Source of the DNA: an uncultured Bacilli bacterium
GTDB taxonomy: Bacteria > Bacillota_I > Bacilli_A > RF39 > UBA660
Direction: 5' to 3'
DNA: 64,000 nt
Assembly: GCA_947585665.1 (NCBI GenBank)
Contig: CANPXE010000001.1
Location: 13,037-77,036, forward strand
Position 1 is the stretch's first letter; each line of letters begins with the position of its first letter. A program made the translations under genes and the position numbers. Positions 28,391-38,117 of the stretch are shown piece by piece. The notes below the pieces were generated by a model that worked only from the letters and a program-made list of their open reading frames with translations, made no database searches and was not told the origin of the DNA.

Positions 28391-30874
28391 TTAAATAGTT
28401 TTTTTACTTTCGCCAACTGTTGAAGCTTTAAGAATACTAACAGCACTCTTACGATGTTCTTGTGGCTTACTATCATCTAATAAATCAGTAATAGCTTTTT
28501 TGAAGTCGATTTCATTATCATTAACATCTCTAACACCTGATTCAGATAAAGTACTAGCAAGACCTTCGACAGCTAATTCATATTCTTCTTTTTTAGTTTC
28601 GCTAACATTCTTTAAAACTTGTCCCAAATCTACTTTTTCTTCTTCATATTGATCCCATTCATCAATCATTTCCCTTGGAACAACACCAAGTGTTGATAAC
28701 AATTCATTAATTACATATTTTCTAGCTTTCGTTACTTGAGCATCAGCTTTTTTACTAGTAGCTTCTCTAGTTTCACTAGCTAATTTATCATGTCTTTCTT
28801 CAGAATCTCTTACATCAATACGGTGTCTACCAACAGCATATTTCTCTTCTACTTCATCAAAATCAACGCCCTTACTTCTAAGAGATGATAATTCTTTCTC
28901 AGAGTCAGGATCATCTAAGATTTTACCATATAATTCTCCCCAAAACTTTGAATATTCATCACTATCATCAACTACTTTTGGAGTTGGTTTTACAACTGGT
29001 TCTTCAGTTTTTGGAGCATCTACGTTTTCTGGTGTTACTACAGGTGTATCAACAGGAGTAGCAGTTTCTTTCTTTGGTTCAGATTCTTCACTATTAGCAG
29101 TAGGACCTTGAACTACTTTTTCATCATCTTTATCATAATCCAACAAGTCACTTACTCTTTGAACTAAAGTTGCTAATTCATTGTCTATTTTTTCAATTGC
29201 TTCCTTACTTTTATCATCTGATAAACCAGATTTTTGTAAACTTTCTTTTAATTCAGCAAGTTCTCTAATTCTATCATTTAATTTTCCAAATGTCATTTTA
29301 TTATCAGTTTCTTTTTCTTTATCAGTTTCTTCTGGTTCTTCAACTTTTGGACTTTCAACAGCTGATGTTACTTGTTCTTCCACTGGTTTCTCATCGGACG
29401 GTGCATCTTCTTGTTCATGTGAAGAACTATCATCTTTTCCATCTTGAGTTGCTTCTTTTGGTGTCTTACCCTTAGCTCTTCTATTTTGAATTCCAGCATC
29501 AACTTGTGCATTTTTCACTTCTACATCATCCTTTTCTTCTGCATCTACTTTTACTTTTTCAAAAATCTTACCAAACGTATCAATTGTTCTTCTTACTAAA
29601 GCAAAATTATTATCAATAACATTTTTCAAAACTTGTTGTTTTTCAGGACTCAACTCACGACTTGCTTTTACAAGTAGAGTATCTTCACCATATCCATTTC
29701 TTACTGCATCATAAATAAATGCAAAAACATCATTATTTTCTTCTCTAAAAGATGCTTTCTCCTGCCAAAGTTGAGCAAAAGAAATATAGTCTACCATATC
29801 ATTATAAGCACTAACTTTTTCTTCACTGGATAAATCTGTATTTTTCATTATTTCTGCTAACATATCTGGATTAAGATATTTCTTTCCATTATTAGCTTTT
29901 GCATATAAAACCAATTTTTGTTTACTTTTATCACTATTTTGTAATAAGTCAACGCCAAAGATACTATTATTTTTCATACAATAAGCTAGCATAGCCATTG
30001 CTTGTTCTTGAATTGAAATATCCCTTTGTTCTTGCTTTTTAGCTTTCTTTCTAGAAAGTCCAGCATCAACTTGAGAATTCTTTTCAACTGTTTCATCTGA
30101 CTCTTTAGCAGGCTCTACTGGTGTACTTGTAGTATCAACTGGTGTAATATCAGGAGTAGGAGCAGTTAATTCAGAAACAACAGAATCTCTTACATCACCA
30201 ATATCAGATAAAGATGCAAGCATAGCAGCTTCTTCTTTTCCCATTGTCTTTTGAGCAGCTTCTTCTATATTATCACCACTAGGATTTAATCCCACTACTT
30301 CACGAGCATTTTTGGCAACAACTTCAGCTATTTCTTTTTCTAATTTTTCTTGAGCGTGCTCTTTATCCTCTTTAACTTTTTTCATATATGATCTACCTGC
30401 TGAGCTCAAATATTTTAAAGGGCCAATTAAGAAAGGTGGTACTTTAAGAGCACGAGCTGCTGACTTCTCAATATCTTTATCAATTTTGAACTTGATTTTT
30501 TGGATATCTTCATCAAAAAGCAAAATTTTAACAGCGCTTTCTGCTAAACGTTTTACTTGTGCATTATACTCTTCTAATTTGTCTTTAACATCAGTAAATT
30601 CGCCTTTACTATCAGCTTCTGACTTAGATTCATTAACCTCAAGAGCAATTCTACGCAACTCATTATAATCATGATTATACTTTTCAAAAGCTTTTTCCAA
30701 ATTACCACTTTTTCGATTATCCAAAAAGCTTGCTAAAGTATCACCAGTCATTTTTAATCTACTTGGTTTTTTCAAATGTTTAGCACGCGTAGGATCCTCT
30801 GTTCTTCTTACAAGATCAGGTTCACTTTCTCCTTGTGGTTTCACAAACCCAGATTGGTATTCTTCTTCGTTCAT
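28391..30874 (-). CDS. Large acidic coiled-coil-rich cytoplasmic protein of unknown function (827 aa)
   Basis: AAGGAGG RBS 9 nt before ATG. No TM or signal peptide. Internal duplicated motif K-N-[SA]-Q-V-D-A-G-[LI]-x-[RN]-[KR]-[KR]-A-K. No family recognised. Confidence 0.7.
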   Translation of the reverse strand: MNEEEYQSGFVKPQGESEPDLVRRTEDPTRAKHLKKPSRLKMTGDTLASFLDNRKSGNLEKAFEKYNHDYNELRRIALEVNESKSEADSKGEFTDVKDKLEEYNAQVKRLAESAVKILLFDEDIQKIKFKIDKDIEKSAARALKVPPFLIGPLKYLSSAGRSYMKKVKEDKEHAQEKLEKEIAEVVAKNAREVVGLNPSGDNIEEAAQKTMGKEEAAMLASLSDIGDVRDSVVSELTAPTPDITPVDTTSTPVEPAKESDETVEKNSQVDAGLSRKKAKKQEQRDISIQEQAMAMLAYCMKNNSIFGVDLLQNSDKSKQKLVLYAKANNGKKYLNPDMLAEIMKNTDLSSEEKVSAYNDMVDYISFAQLWQEKASFREENNDVFAFIYDAVRNGYGEDTLLVKASRELSPEKQQVLKNVIDNNFALVRRTIDTFGKIFEKVKVDAEEKDDVEVKNAQVDAGIQNRRAKGKTPKEATQDGKDDSSSHEQEDAPSDEKPVEEQVTSAVESPKVEEPEETDKEKETDNKMTFGKLNDRIRELAELKESLQKSGLSDDKSKEAIEKIDNELATLVQRVSDLLDYDKDDEKVVQGPTANSEESEPKKETATPVDTPVVTPENVDAPKTEEPVVKPTPKVVDDSDEYSKFWGELYGKILDDPDSEKELSSLRSKGVDFDEVEEKYAVGRHRIDVRDSEERHDKLASETREATSKKADAQVTKARKYVINELLSTLGVVPREMIDEWDQYEEEKVDLGQVLKNVSETKKEEYELAVEGLASTLSESGVRDVNDNEIDFKKAITDLLDDSKPQEHRKSAVSILKASTVGESKKTI

Positions 30875-30892
30875 AACCAATAACCTCCTTTA

Positions 30893-31186
30893 TTATTGTT
30901 GTGGTTTTTCTTCTTCAGCGACAGGCTTAGATAACTCTTTTAATACACTCTTAATTCTTGTCCACTCTTCTTCAGAATCAACACTACCTAAAACAGGTTC
31001 AGAGTCTACTTCTCTCATTAAAGAAGCTACATAAATAGTAACATTTCCGTTATCATCTGTCTCATTCTTTGTATAAATAACATATTCTTTCTTTGTATCA
31101 GTAAATTCAAATGTCAAAAGGACTTCTACTTCATCAATTGAACCATCCTCTAAAACGATAGACATTACCTTTTTATCTTCATTCAT
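30893..31186 (-). CDS. DUF1292 (UPF0473/YrzB-like) protein
   Basis: DGSIDEVEVLLTFEFTDTKKEYVIYTKNE has the DUF1292 pattern. GAAGGAGG RBS. Confidence 0.6.
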   Translation of the reverse strand: MNEDKKVMSIVLEDGSIDEVEVLLTFEFTDTKKEYVIYTKNETDDNGNVTIYVASLMREVDSEPVLGSVDSEEEWTRIKSVLKELSKPVAEEEKPQQ

Positions 31187-31286
31187 CTTAATTGCCTCCT
31201 TCAAATTCTTTTACTACTATACATTGTAACATACTGTAAGTGCATATTTCAATAACTATTATGTTATTTTTTAACAATTTTACTCA

Positions 31287-31577
31287 TCATTTACTTCTAC
31301 TTTTTTCCTTATGTAATAAAAAGTAACGGCACTCAAAGGAGCAATAGTTTTTTATATAATCATCTAGTGTTTTTATATTGTTAATTTTTTTAACATTTTT
31401 GCTATTTTCTTCATAAAAACCTTTAAGACGCAACTTATCATAAGAATAATCACCAAAAATATAATCAAAATCATTAAAATATTCGGTACATAATTCTTTA
31501 AAAACATCCTCATCAAAGGCTTCTTTATAATTTTTTTCCAAATTATAAGTAAATCCATTAATTTCAACTTTTTTCAC
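31287..31577 (-). CDS. YutD-like protein (DUF1027)
   Basis: INGFTYNLEKNYKEAFDEDVFKELCTEYFNDFDYIFGDYSYDKLRLKGF resembles YutD-family sequences. Confidence 0.6.
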   Translation of the reverse strand: MKKVEINGFTYNLEKNYKEAFDEDVFKELCTEYFNDFDYIFGDYSYDKLRLKGFYEENSKNVKKINNIKTLDDYIKNYCSFECRYFLLHKEKSRSK

Positions 31578-31597
31578 ATTACCACATCCTAAACTTC

Positions 31598-32296
31598 TTA
31601 TTCTATTATATCAGATTTTTGACTATTTAGATAATTTTCTGGTACTTTGCCAGAAATCAGTTCAACAATTAAAGGTACTTCTAATTCAACTTTGACATAA
31701 CGATTAGAAAAAGGAAATATGATTTTCTCGTAAACGTTAATTTCAATACTAATTTCGAATAAGATACTATTTATACCATATTGTCTAACATTTGTCAAGA
31801 TTTTTGTTTCTATTTGTCCACTTAAAAGAATTTTTACTGGTATACTTGGACCAATACTAAAAAGTATAGGATTAGAAAAAGCAATACCTAATGGCACATT
31901 TATATACAAGCCACTTTTCTTACCGACCATATATCGATTAAAAACATCTGAATACTTATTAATCAATTCAACATTTCCCTTATCAAATTCATTAAAATAG
32001 TACAAAATAATACTGTTACTCTTTCCAAGAACTTCATTCACTTTTTTTGTCTTTAAATCAATTAAGTCAATTTCACCACTTTCATTTTTATTCACGACAA
32101 ACAAATCGTCTAATGTAATATCGTTCCAAAAATTATCTTCTAATATTTTCCTAATCAATATTTTTGATACCTTATTAACCTCTTCTGTAACATAATTTGA
32201 CATCTTATCATCAATCATTTTTCCAAACATTGAAACTGATAAAATAGTAAAGATAATCAGTGCCAAATATACAAATATTATTTTTTTCTTAAACAT
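31598..32296 (-). CDS. yunB: Sporulation protein YunB-like
   Basis: 232 aa with N-terminal TM. Size and architecture, and the neighbourhood (yutD-like adjacent), fit YunB. From memory. Confidence 0.5.
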   Translation of the reverse strand: MFKKKIIFVYLALIIFTILSVSMFGKMIDDKMSNYVTEEVNKVSKILIRKILEDNFWNDITLDDLFVVNKNESGEIDLIDLKTKKVNEVLGKSNSIILYYFNEFDKGNVELINKYSDVFNRYMVGKKSGLYINVPLGIAFSNPILFSIGPSIPVKILLSGQIETKILTNVRQYGINSILFEISIEINVYEKIIFPFSNRYVKVELEVPLIVELISGKVPENYLNSQKSDIIE

Positions 32297-32341
32297 ATTA
32301 AATAATATGAAAAAAAGGTGACTTAAAGCACCTTTATATAA

Positions 32342-33148
32342 CTATATAATTCCCATTTTTTTCAAAACAAACAAACTAATAGTTGCAAGAATTACAATAA
32401 CAATTAAAATAATCAAAACGATCATTTTTGTTTTATTTTTATGTTCCTCATATTCATCTTCGCCAATGTCAAAATCATGTTCTGTCAAATCCATACTACG
32501 TGTATAAAATGAATTGACTAAACGACCATCTTCTGTTTTTATTTCATCGACAGTATCTTCTTTTTCTTCCTTTTTAGCAAGAATTTCCTTAGCAATTTCT
32601 TCTTCTAAATTGATGTCTTCGCCAACACTTAATGTACTTGTAGCCATCAAATCACTCATTAAATCTTTATCATCCTCTTCTTTAGCTTTTTCAAGCAAAT
32701 CCCTAGGAAGATTTCTCGAAGTAATGGTATCAATTAATTCTCTAATTCCTTGCTCTTCTAATTCTTCATCTAATTTTTCTTTTTTAGAAATATATTTCTT
32801 GTTCAAGTCATCTAAAATACTATATTCAGCATTTTGAAGATTACGCTTTTTTTCAACTTCTTCAGGAATATTACGATTTTTCTTTGCTTCCTCTAAGACA
32901 GAATTAATATCATAAACCTTTGGTTCTGAAGAAGAAGTATCTTCTTGTTCAATATTTCTAGTTTGATCAGAACGTTTTTTTACAGGCATTGTTTCCTCTT
33001 GTTTATTCTCACCAGTAAGACTTTCCATTTTACCATAGCCAATTTGACTATTTATTTCATCATATAAATACTTATTTTTATTACTGCGGCTTGATCTAGG
33101 TTCAGTTGATATATCTTCTTGAACGTATCTTGTAGTTCTTCTTTGCAT
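32342..33148 (-). CDS. Acidic protein with C-terminal TM anchor (hypothetical)
   Basis: 268 aa, Glu/Lys/Asp-rich. The last ~25 aa are hydrophobic (MIVLIILIVIVILATISLFVL). Confidence 0.6.
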   Translation of the reverse strand: MQRRTTRYVQEDISTEPRSSRSNKNKYLYDEINSQIGYGKMESLTGENKQEETMPVKKRSDQTRNIEQEDTSSSEPKVYDINSVLEEAKKNRNIPEEVEKKRNLQNAEYSILDDLNKKYISKKEKLDEELEEQGIRELIDTITSRNLPRDLLEKAKEEDDKDLMSDLMATSTLSVGEDINLEEEIAKEILAKKEEKEDTVDEIKTEDGRLVNSFYTRSMDLTEHDFDIGEDEYEEHKNKTKMIVLIILIVIVILATISLFVLKKMGII

Positions 33149-33274
33149 ATCAATACCTCCTACTCTAATTTTATTCTAACACACCTAAATATATTTGGAA
33201 ATAGTCAAATGTAAAGAAAAAATAAATTGTACATCTAAAATATTTATATTATAATGATTCTTGGAGGAGATTTT

Positions 33275-33463
33275 ATGAAAGCAAAAGTTAACAAAGATAG
33301 TTGCATCGGTTGTGGTGCTTGTCAAGCTATTGCTCCTAACGTTTTTGAAATTGGTGATGATGGTCTTTCAAAAACAATCGTTAATGAAGTACCAGAGACT
33401 GATGAAGAAGATTGTAAAGATGCAATTGAAAGTTGTCCAACTGGAGCAATTACAGAAGAATAA
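33275..33463 (+). CDS. fdx: 4Fe-4S single-cluster ferredoxin
   Basis: MKAKVNKDSCIGCGACQAIAPNVF ... CKDAIESCPTGAI carries CxxCxxC...CP. GGAGG RBS. Confidence 0.85.
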   Translation: MKAKVNKDSCIGCGACQAIAPNVFEIGDDGLSKTIVNEVPETDEEDCKDAIESCPTGAITEE

Positions 33464-33466
33464 TAA

Positions 33467-33488
33467 AAAAGCCAATTGCTCGGCTTTT
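33467..33488. terminator. Bidirectional stem-loop terminator
   Basis: AAAAGCC-8 nt-GGCTTTT with A/T runs on both sides. Lies between the convergent ferredoxin gene and the TasA-like operon. Confidence 0.55.
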
Positions 33489-33499
33489 ATCTATTATTG

Positions 33500-33529
33500 A
33501 TAGTGTTAATGGCTAACACTATTTTTTTA
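33500..33529 (+). terminator. Rho-independent terminator (plus strand)
   Basis: ATAGTGTTA-ATGGC-TAACACTAT followed by TTTTTTT. Confidence 0.7.
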
Positions 33530-33544
33530 TTACTTAAATTATAA

Positions 33545-35710
33545 CTAAGGCAATTCTATTTCATATGCCGTTTTTGGTGTTTTTCCATCTCCACTTTTGA
33601 TTATAACATCTGCATTTAATGTAATAGTTGGCTTTACAGCAAAATCATGGTCATATGGTTCTTGAAATATACCTTGAGTTTCTGACTCAAATGCTCCAAT
33701 CATTGGCCAGCTACCATTGCCATATGGAGTCATGGTAGCCGTCTTATAATCATGTACATCATTTCCTCCTAATGGATATGCAAATAATTCACCAACAATT
33801 GGAAGTCCAACATACCCTTTCCATGTTTTATCTGTTTTTACACAATCTTTTGTTGTTTCAGTAGTATTTTTCTCTTTACATATAGTATTTTTATAACTAC
33901 CAATAGTACTATCAGTAGGGACTTTTTGAACATTATCTACATAATAAGTATCTTCAACTAAATATTTTTTTATACCTTGTTGTTCAAGCCATGTGCCATT
34001 TAAATATGCTCCCCAATAAGCTTCATTTTCTGAATTAACAACATCTGCATAACTATGCATACTCATCTCACCAAATTTCTTTGTAATAACATTACCATCA
34101 GAATCTTTTACATAATTAGCACTTTTTAATTTAGTTACAAGTTTTCCTTCTTCTTTATGAGTGTTTACTATACGATATAACATATCGTTAACCATAACAA
34201 GTTCTCCTGGAGTTCTTGTATTTATTTGCTCCCCAGGTTGAGCCGCTTTTATATCATCTAATAAAACAAATGGATCATATTGTGTTCCTGTACCACTAAA
34301 TTTAACATCGGCTTTTAAAACTACCATAGGTCGAACTCCAAAAGCGTTATTTGGCACAGCCCATCCTGTTATTGTTCCATCATAGTGAATTCCAGAAACA
34401 GTTTTAGGAGGATCATTCTGTGGATCAGAATATGATGATAACCACCAAGCATGCCCAAGATTTAAAAAACTATCTTTACTATAACTGGCAGTCTTGCTAA
34501 ATTCGTAAGGATTCATTAAACCAACGGGGGCTTTTGGTTGTTGAAGCGGAGCAACATAGCACCAATCATACCTATTTGATATATCCCAAGTAGCATCTTC
34601 CACTAATATGTTTTTATGATTATATAAAGTATCTAAAAAATCTTCATTTAACCATTGTTTTATATATGAGTCATCAAAGAATCCATTTTCACCAAAGTTT
34701 ATAGCAGATAAAATATTTTCCGAAATCATTTTTACTGATCCATCATTTAATATTTCTGTTATTCTCCACATATAACCCGAATACCAAACATAATTAAAAT
34801 TCAAACAAGCATTAGTCCCCTCAAAATATGTATGATAAGGTGGTGGATCATTAACTCCACCACTACCATTACAAGGTGAATCAGTTGTTAATAACAAAGA
34901 GTCATTACCATTATAATTACATGTTTTTTTATTATCAGCAAGTTCCATAACCTTATCCGCTAAAGTTCTATATTGAACAACGACATCACCTGAAACATTT
35001 TCAACTTGTAAAAGATTATTGTCAAATGTAAACGTTGTATTACTTCCATCAACAAAGACTTTAATATCTTTTTGTAAAAGGTCACCTGGAAATTGAACTT
35101 TTAAAACATCGCCTTCTAAAATTTCTTTAGGGTATTCTTTTGTATTCGTATTAATTAAAAAGTTTGTATACGTTACTGTATGAAATTGTCTAAAATCAAA
35201 ATCAAGAGTTATGTTGTACTGTGAGTTATTAGCATTATATTTATTATCCTTATATTTAATCGTAATATAAATATCTTTTTGAATTCCTGATTTACAAGAA
35301 GACTCATCACATATTTTATCCTTTAAAGAATATCCTTCACCCAATTCGTAATCCAACTCTTCTGGTAAACCAGTTATTTTTAAAATTCCCATTTCAACAT
35401 TACCTAAATTAGTAATTTGTACGCGATATGTAACAGTTGAATTTTTTTCAGGCAAAACTATCCCTGAACTAATACTTTTAACATTATAATCTTCCCAACC
35501 AGAAGCACCTTCATTAGAAGTTCCATCGACACTAACACCTGTAACTCTTATATCAGCTTCTATTCTAACTGTTGCAGCAACATTACCAATTTCCAATGTC
35601 TGTTTAAAAAAAGAATAACCAAGCGAAAGCATAAACACAGAAAAGACTAACAAAGTTGTCGTTAGTCCATAAATATACTTTTTGCCACTATCAGTTTTAT
35701 ACTTTTTCAT
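33545..35710 (-). CDS. Large secreted protein: SipW-type signal peptide, TasA/camelysin-like N-domain, C-terminal modules with W..GVRP motif
   Basis: N-terminus ...FMLSLGYS|FFKQTLEIGNVAAT parallels the TasA signal (..GTWA|AFND..). LPEKNSTVTYRVQITNLGNVEMGILKI parallels TasA LKPGD....F.F.N.GSL. C-terminal AWWLSS...AFGVRPMVVLKADV and ...FAVKPTITLNADV form two modules. Start set at the ATG with a GGAGA RBS. Confidence 0.65.
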   Translation of the reverse strand: MKKYKTDSGKKYIYGLTTTLLVFSVFMLSLGYSFFKQTLEIGNVAATVRIEADIRVTGVSVDGTSNEGASGWEDYNVKSISSGIVLPEKNSTVTYRVQITNLGNVEMGILKITGLPEELDYELGEGYSLKDKICDESSCKSGIQKDIYITIKYKDNKYNANNSQYNITLDFDFRQFHTVTYTNFLINTNTKEYPKEILEGDVLKVQFPGDLLQKDIKVFVDGSNTTFTFDNNLLQVENVSGDVVVQYRTLADKVMELADNKKTCNYNGNDSLLLTTDSPCNGSGGVNDPPPYHTYFEGTNACLNFNYVWYSGYMWRITEILNDGSVKMISENILSAINFGENGFFDDSYIKQWLNEDFLDTLYNHKNILVEDATWDISNRYDWCYVAPLQQPKAPVGLMNPYEFSKTASYSKDSFLNLGHAWWLSSYSDPQNDPPKTVSGIHYDGTITGWAVPNNAFGVRPMVVLKADVKFSGTGTQYDPFVLLDDIKAAQPGEQINTRTPGELVMVNDMLYRIVNTHKEEGKLVTKLKSANYVKDSDGNVITKKFGEMSMHSYADVVNSENEAYWGAYLNGTWLEQQGIKKYLVEDTYYVDNVQKVPTDSTIGSYKNTICKEKNTTETTKDCVKTDKTWKGYVGLPIVGELFAYPLGGNDVHDYKTATMTPYGNGSWPMIGAFESETQGIFQEPYDHDFAVKPTITLNADVIIKSGDGKTPKTAYEIELP

Positions 35711-36911
35711 TTTTATCATTCTCCATATCAACAGCTTTTAACTGAAGTAGATAAACATCATTATTGTTTTTTACATATAAGTAGCATTTTTGATGCTTGG
35801 TAATTTCATAATACATTATTGGTACTTGTAAATTATCATGAACATCTAATAATTCTTCAAACTTAGCAATTTTTATTATATTGCTATTAGAAAAATCAAC
35901 TAATGTTTTACTTTCAACAATTAAACGGTCATATTCTGTCAATAATTTCTTAACATATTTGTCATATGTACTACTTTTAACATGTAACAATTGCAATAAT
36001 TTAATAATTTTAACTAAGAAGTAAATAGCTATTAAAGAAACAACTATTAATAGTATTAAAGATTCATCTGTCAATATTTTCCATCCCTTATTAACCAATG
36101 TTTGAGTAGTTGGTGTAATTTCAACATCAGCAATATCTATAGTAATTGATCTTTTTGATAATGGAATAGTAACGGATATTTCTTTATTTTCACCAAGTTT
36201 TATTTCTTTTTCATTATTACTGTTTTGTTTATGTACAATTAAAGAAACTTTAAGATAACTTACAGTATCCAAACCATTAAGATTTTTAAAATTATTAGCA
36301 ATACTATTGTATTTATCGTAATCTAAAGAAATAGTTTCTTTAATATTGATATCGTTGGCATTTTCCATTTTTTTAGTCTTTTTATCTAATAAATTATAGT
36401 TTTCACTATAAAAGACATTTTTACCATCACTATCAAATATTAATAATTCACCGACTATATTATAATCAAAATCAATATTACTCTTTTTTTCAATATCAAA
36501 ATTATAATTATAATCAATTTCAATTTTATCAATTAAACTAGTAACATAAGCATAATTATGATTATCTAAATCTTGTTTTCCTAAATATTTAAGTCCTGGA
36601 AAAGAGGAATTTGCTTTTAGCCAAACACGATAGTCAGCTACCCCATTTTCGGTATAAGAGACTGTTTTCTCTTTTTGATAACGAATAGAATAATTAAAAA
36701 GTAATGCAACTAATAAAAGACATAAAAGAAGAAAGCAAGAGTTAATAATAAGTCTTACATTATAACTGATATATCTTTTAGGCTTTTCTTCTACTTCAAT
36801 ATTCTTTATCGTTTCTTTTACGGTTTCCTTTTTTACATTTTCCTTTTTTACATTTTCCTTTTTATCATTTTTACTTTTATGATTTTGTTTATTTTTTCCA
36901 GAGTCCTTCAT
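35697..36911 (-). CDS. Two-TM protein, DUF5305-like (signal-peptidase-associated)
   Basis: Lys-rich cytoplasmic N-terminus, TM1 (SCFLLLCLLLVALLF), ~210-aa extracytoplasmic domain, TM2 (LILLIVVSLIAIYFLV), ~100-aa cytoplasmic tail. AGGAGGTG RBS. DUF5305 assignment is from memory. Confidence 0.5.
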   Translation of the reverse strand: MKDSGKNKQNHKSKNDKKENVKKENVKKETVKETIKNIEVEEKPKRYISYNVRLIINSCFLLLCLLLVALLFNYSIRYQKEKTVSYTENGVADYRVWLKANSSFPGLKYLGKQDLDNHNYAYVTSLIDKIEIDYNYNFDIEKKSNIDFDYNIVGELLIFDSDGKNVFYSENYNLLDKKTKKMENANDINIKETISLDYDKYNSIANNFKNLNGLDTVSYLKVSLIVHKQNSNNEKEIKLGENKEISVTIPLSKRSITIDIADVEITPTTQTLVNKGWKILTDESLILLIVVSLIAIYFLVKIIKLLQLLHVKSSTYDKYVKKLLTEYDRLIVESKTLVDFSNSNIIKIAKFEELLDVHDNLQVPIMYYEITKHQKCYLYVKNNNDVYLLQLKAVDMENDKNEKV

Positions 36912-36927
36912 AAAGTTGCACCTCCTT

Positions 36928-38052
36928 CTATAATTCATTTAAAATTACTGTTGGTAAACCAATATATGGAACTTTAACATTAACTACTCCCACAATCATA
37001 TCCTCAGTAATAGGATATCCATCTTCTATTTCATTGGCATCTCCCTTAGTATAGAAATAATCTTCACCATTTACTTCTAGCTTATTGACAAGCCGATGCA
37101 CAATTAAAATATCGTCATATTCGTATGCAATTATTTGTCCGAGTTGTAAATTTTTAGTATTATCAATTTTTTCAATTATGACAACATCACCTTTTTTAAT
37201 CTCTGGAGTCATTGATCCACTAGCAATCGCAACAGCATAATAGTGAAAATAACCAGATGTTATATAAACTAAAAAAGCAATAATTAACCCAGGGAAAATA
37301 AGGGATCCTAATCTTCTTTTAGCTACATCCTGTGTTGGAATAGAACGTCGGTCTTTTTTTAAGAAATTTCCTACTCGATAAGCATAAATGGTTGGTAAAA
37401 TCAATTGTACTACCGAAATTATATATTCATTAGGATTAGGTACAATTGGTATTATATATGAATATATTTGTGTCACAAAAGAATACAACAATACAGGTTT
37501 ATATCCAACCTTATACGTTACATATGATAAAGCAATATTAGTACTTATTGCTGGCAATAATCCCAATGCTAAAAATAAAAAGACATCATAATTACTAGAA
37601 AAAGGAACTAAATATTCACTGGTAAAAACATCAAATAATATAAAAACAATAATTGTTGTTATAATTAATGTTTTACTTCCTTCAGCTTTTCTAATCATCA
37701 TATAACGCAATAATTCTTTTAATGTGACAATTATAATAATTGGCAATAAAAAATTAAATATACCCGAAATAGTAAAATAACTATTTATTTTAGAAAAAGT
37801 AAAGATAATTCCTGATAAATACCACAAAAAGAAAAATATGAGTAAAAATATTAAAGTATCTAATATAATATCTTTTTTATAACGATATTTATCTTTTTCA
37901 TAACCAAATAAAATTTTAAAAAGCAAAGTAAATACTAATAAGATTATTACAAAACGATATTTACCTAATATACTTGATACAAAACTACTTAAAATTAAAA
38001 GTATTGAAAAAAAGATTTGAAAAATTAATAACCTTTTATAACCCTTTTTCAT
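36928..38052 (-). CDS. sipW: SipW/Sec11-type (S26B) signal peptidase I fused to an N-terminal ~8-TM domain
   Basis: C-terminal 125 aa has ASGSMTPEIKKGDVVII (catalytic Ser), ILIVHRLV (catalytic His, ER/archaeal type) and FYTKGDANE. The first ~240 aa are eight hydrophobic helices with no Cys or His. Confidence 0.75.
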   Translation of the reverse strand: MKKGYKRLLIFQIFFSILLILSSFVSSILGKYRFVIILLVFTLLFKILFGYEKDKYRYKKDIILDTLIFLLIFFFLWYLSGIIFTFSKINSYFTISGIFNFLLPIIIIVTLKELLRYMMIRKAEGSKTLIITTIIVFILFDVFTSEYLVPFSSNYDVFLFLALGLLPAISTNIALSYVTYKVGYKPVLLYSFVTQIYSYIIPIVPNPNEYIISVVQLILPTIYAYRVGNFLKKDRRSIPTQDVAKRRLGSLIFPGLIIAFLVYITSGYFHYYAVAIASGSMTPEIKKGDVVIIEKIDNTKNLQLGQIIAYEYDDILIVHRLVNKLEVNGEDYFYTKGDANEIEDGYPITEDMIVGVVNVKVPYIGLPTVILNEL

Positions 38053-38117
38053 TCTATTCCTCCTAAATAGTCTTGTGCAAAAATATTAAGAAATAATATC
38101 TCAATATTTTCATCTTA

